Shown one piece after another: positions 17,014 to 24,047 of a stretch of DNA of 24,179 nucleotides. Source of the DNA: Candidatus Iainarchaeum sp. (lineage in GTDB: Archaea > Iainarchaeota > Iainarchaeia > Iainarchaeales > 0-14-0-20-30-16). The number at the start of each line of letters is the position of its first letter. Position 1 is the stretch's first letter. The stretch spans positions 1 to 24,179 of the forward strand of contig JAQTTP010000011.1 of the NCBI GenBank assembly GCA_028710695.1, read 5' to 3'. The notes beneath the pieces are model-generated. The model searched no databases, was not told the origin of the DNA, and was given only the letters and a program-made list of their open reading frames with translations. The translations under genes were made by a program, and so were the position numbers.

Positions 17014-17908
17014 ATAATGCGCCCCTTAGGAAATCAAATAATTTTTTGTTATTATATATGTGTCTTTGTTTTTTAAAAGAAAGCATACTTTTTATTATAG
17101 AGTCTTTTTTAAGGCCATATTCAAGCTTTAAACCGTTAATATTAGATAAGGCTTGATCTTGAATCACTAATCCAAGGTTATATTTAGTAATAATTTGAGT
17201 ATTAAGGGCTTGCTCAAGATTTGCAGGATGTATGTAAATATATGGTTTATTGAGATACATGCTTTCAGAAAGAGAACACAGCCCCGGATGTGTTACAATT
17301 ATTTCATTTTTTGCAATAATTTGTGAAAAATGCTTACGGCTCTTACTAAATACTAGCTGTGATTGAAGTATATTTTCTTTATCCCATATTGCGTTTTTGG
17401 TTTTATAACTGCCAATAATTGCCAAGCCAGAGCCATTTGTTTTTTTAATTTTTGTTATATAATTATCAACAAAAAGAAATTTATTGTATTTGTCGCCCCA
17501 GGGCGTTTTATTTTTTGTCAATGATGACAAAAAACAGAAATCGGATTCCCTTATGCCCTTCTTAAATAAATTAAGGCGCTCTTGAAATAAATTATGCTTA
17601 AATAGGTAATTCCAATAATCCCCCAAATTATCTATAAAAATGTCTCTTCCACTAGTAGGGATATTTCTTGGGTCTATTATATGTATTACAATGTCTTTTT
17701 TAGTTACTTTATAATTTGGGTCATAACATAAATGATGGCAGTAATTTTTTTTTATAAAATCATGTCTTTCTATAGAAGGGGTTTTTAAAATACATTTTCT
17801 ATTTGGAAATAAGATCAGTAAATTTTGAACTATTTGACCCAACATTACTGCAGGACCAAATCCGTTCATTGATAAAAAACACACAATTGCCATACAGGTC
17901 TTATCCAT
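17003..17908 (-). CDS. GT-B-fold glycosyltransferase-like protein (GT1/GT28 MurG-like C-terminal signature)
   Basis: IVTHPGLCSLSESMYLNKPYIYIHPANLEQALNTQIITKYNLGLVI resembles the THGG-x-x-S-x-x-E ... P ... D/E-Q-x-x-N-A ... G donor-binding region of GT1/GT28 enzymes. The start ATG overlaps the stop of the upstream 40-aa ORF (ATGGATAA). Confidence 0.6.
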   Translation of the reverse strand: MDKTCMAIVCFLSMNGFGPAVMLGQIVQNLLILFPNRKCILKTPSIERHDFIKKNYCHHLCYDPNYKVTKKDIVIHIIDPRNIPTSGRDIFIDNLGDYWNYLFKHNLFQERLNLFKKGIRESDFCFLSSLTKNKTPWGDKYNKFLFVDNYITKIKKTNGSGLAIIGSYKTKNAIWDKENILQSQLVFSKSRKHFSQIIAKNEIIVTHPGLCSLSESMYLNKPYIYIHPANLEQALNTQIITKYNLGLVIQDQALSNINGLKLEYGLKKDSIIKSMLSFKKQRHIYNNKKLFDFLRGALYDL

Positions 17909-18023
17909 CTTGAGAAGGATCTTGACAATGTGGTGCAGAACAATAATTTTCTTTTTTATATGTTAGTTTATTATTTTCTTCGTCTTTTTTTATTTTGCTC
18001 TTTTTTATAACTTTTTTATCCAT
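17901..18023 (-). CDS. Small ORF (40 aa), candidate RiPP precursor peptide: MDKKVIKKSKIKKDEENNKLTYKKENYCSAPHCQDPSQDG
   Basis: Hand-translated; it is below the ORF-track length cutoff. A perfect AGGAGG at 18031..18036 lies 7 nt upstream of the ATG (18021..18023). The stop overlaps the next gene start by 8 nt. The ORF fills an otherwise unexplained 126-nt gap in a tightly packed operon. The Lys-rich N-terminus and Cys-containing C-terminus resemble a leader/core layout. Confidence 0.5.
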   Translation of the reverse strand: MDKKVIKKSKIKKDEENNKLTYKKENYCSAPHCQDPSQDG

Positions 18024-18030
18024 TTTTATT

Positions 18031-18036
18031 CCTCCT
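18031..18036 (-). promoter_or_regulatory. Shine-Dalgarno site (AGGAGG) for the 40-aa ORF, overlapping the TAG stop of the upstream surface-protein gene
   Basis: The minus strand reads GTT AAT TAG GAGG AATAAAA ATG. This is the same 6-8 nt spacing seen at other internal genes in this window. Confidence 0.6.
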
Positions 18037-20920
18037 AATTAACAGTATAAATTGCATAACCTAAATCATCTTTGTTATTTATGTTTCCGGTCATTGGTTC
18101 GTCTATAAGGCCAAATACTACGCTTGCATTTTGACCTTTAGTTTGAACTGAAAATGCATTTGCTGTAGATTGACCTATCTGGTTTGAATTTGAACCTATT
18201 GCATAGGGAACATAATTATAAGTCTTACAAGTTGGGCTGTTTACTTTCGCATAACTTGTTTCTGTGTATGCAATAAAATCTGCGCCAACTAGTTCAGAGA
18301 TTATCATACAAACTTGCTGGTTGTACAAAGGAACTGCAAAGTAATTTAACATACTTACTTGTAAAGAATATGTTTTATTTTTATTCAAAGCTGTGCCGTC
18401 TGCAGGGTTAAATACGGCAGATAATCCTTTTGATACATCCACTGCTTCAAAGCTTGCGCCAGTTTCATAACCAGCAATTACTTTGCTTTCATCAGTATTC
18501 ATCCATGACAAATATGCTTTTCCTTTTGATAATAAGAAATATTCACCATCTGCACCAAATTCTGTTGGCATAATCTCTTGCTCTAGAACTAATTCATCTA
18601 AAGCAGGAACATCTACTAATTGGCAGTAAACATTCTGATAAAGGACTTGGCCATTAGACATTGGTTTTAATAAGCCGTTCTGAGAAACATAACATAAATT
18701 CAAATCATTCAAAGGAACATCGTATAGATTTGTGATGTGGACTTTGATTTTTAATTTATTATCTTTTGGAACTTTTCCATATAATGTAACACCCCAAAAA
18801 CCTGCACCATCATTATCGCCCATGTCTTGCCACATGGATACTAAACCATTTCCTGCCGCATAAAAGATGTCTTTGGTTTCTATTTGCTTAGAGTCTAATT
18901 GCTGGCCGTTAAGCATTAACATTATGTTGTAAATCTTTTCTGTGTTCTCAACTGTTGTGTGGAACTCGCTCTCTTTTGTGGAGTTAGGCTCGATCTTGGG
19001 AATAAGTTCAGTAATTGTTGTGTGGCCTTCTGGCTGACCATCAAAGATAACTAGCTCTGTTGAGCTTGCTGTTACTTCTATTCCCTCTAAATAGATGCTC
19101 AGATTGTTGGTAACATAAACTTGGAAGTAAACTTCGTAATCTAATGGAACTGTGTGAGGAACATCTACTGTTGCAGTTACGTCAGCAGGAGATACTTTTG
19201 CTAAACGGAAGATATTGGATTCTACTGTTTTATCGCCATCAGAAGCTGTTACTTTGACATCGGAGTAGCCTTGTGATGTAATGTTACAATACAATACTTT
19301 GTTTTCAATATTACAAATTGCCGGGCCATTTAAAACTAAATAATTGTAAGATAGTTCTTGACCTTCAGAATCAGAGAACATACCTAAAAGATCTTTTGAA
19401 AAAGATAAATTTGAACCTGTGGAAGTTTTACCAATAATTTTGCCAGAGAATACCGGTGCCAAGTTATCTTTAGACCAGGATACAGAGATTTCTTTATCTA
19501 CTTCATACTGGCCATCAGAAGCAGAAACTGACAAAGTAGTGGAAATTGGGTATATGGTGGTTGAACAGGATAGGTTAGGTCCTACTAGTCCACAGTTTAA
19601 ACCACCATTATCTTTTATTTCGAAATATAAAGTAGAGGAAGGGTTGTCCACATCAGACACAAAATTCGCTAAGTTTAGATTCAAGGTTTGGCCTTCCTCC
19701 AAGTTATTAATTGGAATGGAGTTCCAAGAAGGAGCATCATTTACATTTGAAACATTTACTTTTAGATCACCAAAGGCAGTATTGCCTTGTGGGTCTTCTG
19801 CTTTAATCATAACAACAAAAGCACCATAAGCATCCTTTACAAGAGAGCAGTTTAGTGTGAAATTATCTACTTCACAAGATATTCCACTTGCGGGAGCAAT
19901 ATAATCAACTGATAAAGATAATTCGTTTGTAGTGTTATTTGGATCTTGAACATAAGGTAACAAGTTAATTGATCCTATTTGTGTGTCTTCCTGAACATTT
20001 ATTGTTGGAAGATCTGTAAAATAAGGAGAGCTACTGTTTTTTGTTATCTCAATTGGTGCTTGCTCGTATTGATTTGTGACTATGTCCTTTACTTCCAAAG
20101 TATAATATTTTGTGCCTTCTGAAATCTGGTTACAAGTTAGAACTGACCCAGAGATATTACAATTTGCGGGGTTCTCTAACAATTTGTAAGTTAATTTGCC
20201 TAAGGCGAAATCGTAATAGTCAATATAATTTTTTAAATCAACTAAAATGCTTGATTCATTTGTTTGAATAATTACTGGATCAATAGAAACCTCTTTTATT
20301 GGATAAAGAGTAACTTTTAAGCTCCTCAAAAAAGGGCTTAGATAATCGTGATCTGTGCTAAGGGTTATTTCTACATTTGCTGAAGATGTCTTTCCTAAGA
20401 AAGCATAGTTGTTGTATTGGGAGTCATTAACTTTAAAGCTTACTTGTGTTCCTTCAAGAACTAAAGCATCTTCTTCAAGTTTTACTGCGTAGATTAAGGA
20501 TAAAGAATCGAATTTCAGGTCTTCTAATGTAAAGGAGCCTTTTGGGTTATATTCCATATAGGCCTTTTTAGAATCTTTTGAAGTATAAGATAGTTTTATT
20601 CCGTGCTCTTCTTGGCTTAAACTAGACCAGTTTCCCGAGTAAAATAGATATTGGCCATCGGGAACAAAAGAGAAATTAAATTCCTTTGGGCTTGAGGCGG
20701 GCAAAGGCATTGCATCAGGCAGATATCTTTGTATAGGAATGTCTCTCTGAGGGATATATTGTGGTACCTTGTGAGGAACCTTTGGAATGAATCCATCAGC
20801 ATAAGTAAGGGAGAAAATCAAGAAAAATGCGAAAAATAATAGTATAAAAGATAGGATTTTATGGATTGGTACTTTCATGGGGCGTTTTACCGCTGACCCA
20901 TTCCGATATAGAACTCCCAT
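18035..20920 (-). CDS. Large secreted/surface protein (about 960 aa) with repeated Ig/cadherin-like beta domains
   Basis: Signal peptide KILSFILLFFAFFLIFSLTYADG. Repeated beta-rich modules, including a cadherin-like boundary NVSNVNDAPSW. No C-terminal TM. Start uncertain: the ATG at 20920 lies about 27 nt downstream of TTATAAAT (leaderless candidate); the ATG at 20878 and the listed 20989 are alternatives. Confidence 0.75.
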   Translation of the reverse strand: MGVLYRNGSAVKRPMKVPIHKILSFILLFFAFFLIFSLTYADGFIPKVPHKVPQYIPQRDIPIQRYLPDAMPLPASSPKEFNFSFVPDGQYLFYSGNWSSLSQEEHGIKLSYTSKDSKKAYMEYNPKGSFTLEDLKFDSLSLIYAVKLEEDALVLEGTQVSFKVNDSQYNNYAFLGKTSSANVEITLSTDHDYLSPFLRSLKVTLYPIKEVSIDPVIIQTNESSILVDLKNYIDYYDFALGKLTYKLLENPANCNISGSVLTCNQISEGTKYYTLEVKDIVTNQYEQAPIEITKNSSSPYFTDLPTINVQEDTQIGSINLLPYVQDPNNTTNELSLSVDYIAPASGISCEVDNFTLNCSLVKDAYGAFVVMIKAEDPQGNTAFGDLKVNVSNVNDAPSWNSIPINNLEEGQTLNLNLANFVSDVDNPSSTLYFEIKDNGGLNCGLVGPNLSCSTTIYPISTTLSVSASDGQYEVDKEISVSWSKDNLAPVFSGKIIGKTSTGSNLSFSKDLLGMFSDSEGQELSYNYLVLNGPAICNIENKVLYCNITSQGYSDVKVTASDGDKTVESNIFRLAKVSPADVTATVDVPHTVPLDYEVYFQVYVTNNLSIYLEGIEVTASSTELVIFDGQPEGHTTITELIPKIEPNSTKESEFHTTVENTEKIYNIMLMLNGQQLDSKQIETKDIFYAAGNGLVSMWQDMGDNDGAGFWGVTLYGKVPKDNKLKIKVHITNLYDVPLNDLNLCYVSQNGLLKPMSNGQVLYQNVYCQLVDVPALDELVLEQEIMPTEFGADGEYFLLSKGKAYLSWMNTDESKVIAGYETGASFEAVDVSKGLSAVFNPADGTALNKNKTYSLQVSMLNYFAVPLYNQQVCMIISELVGADFIAYTETSYAKVNSPTCKTYNYVPYAIGSNSNQIGQSTANAFSVQTKGQNASVVFGLIDEPMTGNINNKDDLGYAIYTVN

Positions 20921-20943
20921 ACTTATATATATATGAAGGATAG

Positions 20944-20951
20944 ATTTATAA
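20944..20951 (-). promoter_or_regulatory. TATA-box-like element (TTATAAAT on the minus strand) upstream of the surface-protein / peptide operon
   Basis: Centred about 27 nt upstream of the ATG at 20920. The same octamer occurs at the same distance from the SPOUT gene ATG (22037..22044). Confidence 0.4.
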
Positions 20952-20992
20952 CCCTTATGTATTAACAATCCTAACTGAGAAGCCAACAAAGG

Positions 20993-21502
20993 TTAGGAAT
21001 CCAAAGTTTGGCCTAAGAATTTACACATTATGCAGTTGTCAACATACTTATTTCCAAATTTGTATTGTTTCTTTACACAGCCAGTTTTTTTAAACCCTAA
21101 TTTTTCATATAATCTTATTGCTGGTTTGTTTGTTGAAACAATATTCAAATATATTAATTTTATTTTTTTCTGTTTTGCAACAGATAAAAGTTTTTTCAAT
21201 AATTTTGAGGCAATGCCATTTCGCCTATAATCTTTTAAGACATTTAATTGACTCACATATAAGGTGTGATTTGTCTTGGGTAGTTTTCCGATACTAGATT
21301 CAATTAATCCAACTACTCGACCATTTAATTCTCCAGCAAAATTAATGCCATCTTCGATCAATTGGGTTGTTCTTTTTTTTGCTTGCCCATTTGATAAAAT
21401 GACTTCTGGAACCGCAAAAGTGTTTTCTGTTCTCCATTCATTGTAGAGCTTTTTTATATCTTTCCAATCATTTATTTCGATTTGTCTTATTTTTAGAACC
21501 AT
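20993..21502 (-). CDS. GNAT-family N-acetyltransferase
   Basis: YRRNGIASKLLKKLLSVAKQKKIKLIYLNIVSTNKPAIRLYEKLGFKKTG. I prefer the ATG at 21502 (MVLKIRQIEINDW), which has GAGG 8 nt upstream, over the listed 21553. Confidence 0.8.
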   Translation of the reverse strand: MVLKIRQIEINDWKDIKKLYNEWRTENTFAVPEVILSNGQAKKRTTQLIEDGINFAGELNGRVVGLIESSIGKLPKTNHTLYVSQLNVLKDYRRNGIASKLLKKLLSVAKQKKIKLIYLNIVSTNKPAIRLYEKLGFKKTGCVKKQYKFGNKYVDNCIMCKFLGQTLDS

Positions 21503-22013
21503 GTATAACGCCTCTACCAAAAAATCCTTTTTGCCGTAAGATCTCATGAACAACTACTGGAATTACTGTGTGCAAAGTATAAAACTTTGTTTGATTTAAC
21601 ATAGGAACACTGACAATATTATCTAATGCAGCAATTTTTGCTTTACTTAACCCGCCAACTTCTGTGCCAAAAACAATTACATACTTTCCTTTAGAGAAAT
21701 CTGTTTTGAAAATAGATTGACCAAAATTAGGGGAAGTACCTACAATAGTATATCCTGCTTTTTTAAGTGCTTTTACCTTATCGAAAAAATCATCTGTGTA
21801 GTTAATATTTATTGAGGGGGAAGAAGATTTAAACTCTGGAAACCAAGAACTAATTATTCCAGAAACTTTGGGATGATCATGCCTTATTGATTTTCCAGTA
21901 ATATCAAGTGTTCTATTAGTAGCAATTGAAAGATGTACAAGTTCAGCTAAATCACGTGGGTCTTTTATGGTGTCCACTAATATTCGCAGATCAGTGTCTT
22001 TTTTTAGAACCAT
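21468..22013 (-). CDS. SPOUT-superfamily (SpoU/TrmH-type) RNA methyltransferase
   Basis: YVIVFGTEVGGLS and IVSVPMLNQTKFYTLHTVIPVVVHEI match SpoU motifs 2 and 3. Size is about 180 aa. TTATAAAT is centred about 27 nt upstream of the ATG. Confidence 0.65.
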   Translation of the reverse strand: MVLKKDTDLRILVDTIKDPRDLAELVHLSIATNRTLDITGKSIRHDHPKVSGIISSWFPEFKSSSPSININYTDDFFDKVKALKKAGYTIVGTSPNFGQSIFKTDFSKGKYVIVFGTEVGGLSKAKIAALDNIVSVPMLNQTKFYTLHTVIPVVVHEILRQKGFFGRGVIHGSKNKTNRNK

Positions 22014-22036
22014 TTAAACAACATAAAGACCATACA

Positions 22037-22044
22037 ATTTATAA
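22037..22044 (-). promoter_or_regulatory. TATA-box-like element (TTATAAAT) for the SPOUT methyltransferase / GNAT operon
   Basis: Centre about 27 nt upstream of the ATG at 22013, preceded on the minus strand by the purine-rich GGAAAAATG (BRE-like). Confidence 0.4.
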
Positions 22045-22060
22045 CATTTTTCCAATTAGC

Positions 22061-22123
22061 GAAAAAACAGGTTGTAACTAAAAAAGGCAAAAAAGACAGA
22101 ATTCAAGAAATTTTGTTACAACC
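22061..22123 (-). terminator. Hairpin plus oligo-T tract downstream of the GNAT gene 22219..22719
   Basis: The minus strand reads GGTTGTAAC - 36 nt T-rich loop (contains TCTTTTTTGCCTTTTTTA) - GTTACAACC - TGTTTTTTC. The 9-bp stem is perfect. Oligo-T tracts are known archaeal termination signals. Confidence 0.35.
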
Positions 22124-22218
22124 ACAGAAACAATGCAAAGCATAAAATAAGATTTAAATACCAAACTTGGGAATTAATCCCCTTTTTTCTTTTTTATTTT
22201 TTGCAGGTAGCAAGATAA

Positions 22219-22719
22219 TTATTTTGTAATCCCCCATAGCATAAGGTCAACATATTTGTTTCCTTTTTTTCTGTATTTTTTTCTAACGCCTTCTAATTTA
22301 AGCCCTGCTTTTTCCATTGCCCTACTTGATGCAGGGTTATCAGAGTCATTATCTGCTTGAATTCTATAAAGTTTTAATTTTTTAAATCCAAATTCTATTA
22401 TTTGTTTTATTGCTTCTGTTGCAATTCCTTTATTCCAAAATATTTTTCCAATAAAAAAGCCTAAATCATAACAGCCTTTATCTTCATTTGGTTCTTCTAA
22501 CATTACACTGCCCGCAATTTCATTATCAAAAATAATAGTAAAAGAGTAAGACTTTTTTGTTTTCCTGCCTTTGATTCCGTCGTTTACATCTTTTTTCATT
22601 CGACTTAATGGGCATGGATAGGAATAACCAGAAATCTGTTTTATGACATCTTTATCACTAATCAACTTTTGCAATGCTTTTGCATCACTTAGTTTTGGTT
22701 TTCTAATTTCTACTTTCAT
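22219..22719 (-). CDS. GNAT-family N-acetyltransferase (RimJ/RimL-like)
   Basis: IFWNKGIATEAIKQIIEFGFKKLKLYRIQADNDSDNPASSRAMEKAGLKLEG. I prefer the ATG at 22719 (MKVEIRKPKL): TTTATAAA (22742..22749) is centred about 27 nt upstream. Confidence 0.8.
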   Translation of the reverse strand: MKVEIRKPKLSDAKALQKLISDKDVIKQISGYSYPCPLSRMKKDVNDGIKGRKTKKSYSFTIIFDNEIAGSVMLEEPNEDKGCYDLGFFIGKIFWNKGIATEAIKQIIEFGFKKLKLYRIQADNDSDNPASSRAMEKAGLKLEGVRKKYRKKGNKYVDLMLWGITK

Positions 22720-22800
22720 TTTTAATACAAAGAAATAAAACTTTATAAACCCTACTTGCATGCAAAAAATATTTATACTACTTTAACATATTTTATGCAC

Positions 22801-22992
22801 ATGATGAGTTTTATAAAAGATAACAAAGGACAGTTGTCAGCAGAATTGATTATAATTCTGGCAGCATTGATTGCAATTGCAGCAATTGTTATAACCCAAT
22901 TAACAAAAACTACAAACAAAGCTTCTGAAAAAATTGATGCAAAAACAGAAGACATCTTTGAAGATATTGACAAAGTGGGAGACTATAACTAG
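22801..22992 (+). CDS. Small archaeal type IV pilin-like protein with class III signal peptide
   Basis: MMSFIKDNKG|QLSAELIIILAALIAIAAIVI has the K-G|Q-L-S-x-E prepilin-peptidase site followed by a hydrophobic helix. TTTATA at 22772..22777 is centred about 27 nt upstream of the ATG at 22801, so the listed 22756 start is probably too long. Confidence 0.7.
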   Translation: MMSFIKDNKGQLSAELIIILAALIAIAAIVITQLTKTTNKASEKIDAKTEDIFEDIDKVGDYN

Positions 22993-23383
22993 AGCAAATA
23001 GTTTGGGGCAACTGTCAATTGAATTTTTAATTATTCTTTTTGTTACTGTTGTTGTAATTTCATTATTTTTTCCAATTGTTTCAAAGATCTATGATTATAC
23101 AACAACTACTTTTGATTTAGCAAATATAAAAAAAGCAACAAATGAGATGAAAAATATTTGTTTTTTAGGAGATGGAAGTTCTTTGGAAATTGAACTAATT
23201 TTGAATAAAGAATGGAATCTAGAAGCAGACGGAAACAAAATTATGTGGAGTTCAGAATATTCCAAAAAGAGTTATGAAGATAGTATTTGTTTTACAGCAA
23301 ATGAAAAAATAAAAAGAGGCAAATACAATTTAATTTTAAAAAAAAATGAGCAAATAAATTTAGTCATAGAAAACAGTGATTGA
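22934..23383 (+). CDS. Pilin-like protein with class III signal motif
   Basis: Contains ...RANSLG|QLSIEFLIILFVTVVVISLFF. The listed start leaves about 30 aa before the cleavage motif, which is longer than usual. No canonical start codon lies closer, so the 5' end is uncertain. Confidence 0.55.
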   Translation: MMQKQKTSLKILTKWETITRANSLGQLSIEFLIILFVTVVVISLFFPIVSKIYDYTTTTFDLANIKKATNEMKNICFLGDGSSLEIELILNKEWNLEADGNKIMWSSEYSKKSYEDSICFTANEKIKRGKYNLILKKNEQINLVIENSD

Positions 23384-23701
23384 AACTTGCTTTTTTTCAA
23401 GATCTTCAAAAAAGATCTTTGAGGTTTTTACAACTTTGTTTTTGCCTATCTTGTCATTTGAAATACAAAAAGAATCTACACAATATTCATATCCAAAGTT
23501 TTCAAAAAAAGAATCCAAAATATCGGCTGGAATGGATGAGTGGGAATAGGAGTTTACTCTAAGAACGTCATTTGCTTTTTGTAAAGCAAAAACAAAAGAA
23601 TAATCTTTGTCAGAATAATTAAAAAAGAGAGACCCAAAAAGAAGAAGAAAGACAAGACCAATAATTATTTCTATAATCCAAAAGTAACCTTTTTTATTCA
23701 G
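23360..23701 (-). CDS. Pilin-like small protein in an open frame lacking a canonical start (candidate CTG initiation)
   Basis: Hand-translated. The frame is open across 23360..23716 and encodes (L/M)NKKGYFWIIEIIIGLVFLLLFGSLFF... (113 codons). There is no ATG/GTG/TTG before the hydrophobic segment. AGGTGG lies 6 nt upstream of the CTG at 23699..23701. Absent from the ORF track. Confidence 0.4.
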   Translation of the reverse strand: MNKKGYFWIIEIIIGLVFLLLFGSLFFNYSDKDYSFVFALQKANDVLRVNSYSHSSIPADILDSFFENFGYEYCVDSFCISNDKIGKNKVVKTSKIFFEDLEKKQVSITVFYD

Positions 23702-24047
23702 AAAAAACCACCTGCTTTAATTCAACTTTATCGGTGTAGACTAGACGAAGTAGGGACATATTCTTCAGGAGGCCTGGAACTTCGAGACTGTTTTCCCCCA
23801 CTTGTAGCTTATTTGCCATTATTCTTTTTTCTAAAATATTCTTCTCTGCAAATCCAATTCCTTTTTCATTATGCTTCGTTATCCCAATTTCAGAATAGAT
23901 CGCAGCAAGAAGAGTTTTGTCAGTTTTTATTGACATTAGGTACATTCCAGAAAAGAATAGAAAAATAAAAAGAACCAAAAAAAGAATTAAGAATAATGCA
24001 GACATGGAAAATGACCCTTTATCTTTAGCCATACTTGGGTTCTGCAT
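23694..24047 (-). CDS. Pilin-like protein with class III signal peptide
   Basis: MQNPSMAKDKG|SFSMSALFLILFLVLFIFLFF. AGGAGG lies 6 nt upstream of the ATG at 24047. Confidence 0.6.
   Translation of the reverse strand: MQNPSMAKDKGSFSMSALFLILFLVLFIFLFFSGMYLMSIKTDKTLLAAIYSEIGITKHNEKGIGFAEKNILEKRIMANKLQVGENSLEVPGLLKNMSLLRLVYTDKVELKQVVFSE

Noticed and set aside
19419-19829. 136-aa plus-strand ORF inside the 18035..20920 gene
   Set aside because: It is antisense to a long continuous frame with a signal peptide and repeat structure. The opposite-strand frame is far longer and more coherent.
22795-22860. ATGATGA resembling a C box of a C/D box sRNA
   Set aside because: No D box (CTGA) or C'/D' arrangement follows at the expected distance. 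The motif is simply the tandem Met start of the pilin-like gene.
23380-23562. 60-aa plus-strand ORF 23380..23562
   Set aside because: It overlaps the minus-strand pilin-like frame (23360..23701), which has a class III-like N-terminus and an SD motif. The plus-strand product has no features.
23694-24047. Programmed +1 frameshift fusing the 117-aa pilin-like gene to the downstream pilin-like frame
   Set aside because: A fusion would produce a protein with an internal second class III-like signal, which is biologically awkward. A separate initiation at the SD-preceded CTG, or an assembly error in the T-run, is more parsimonious. The observation is kept as an open question in the findings.
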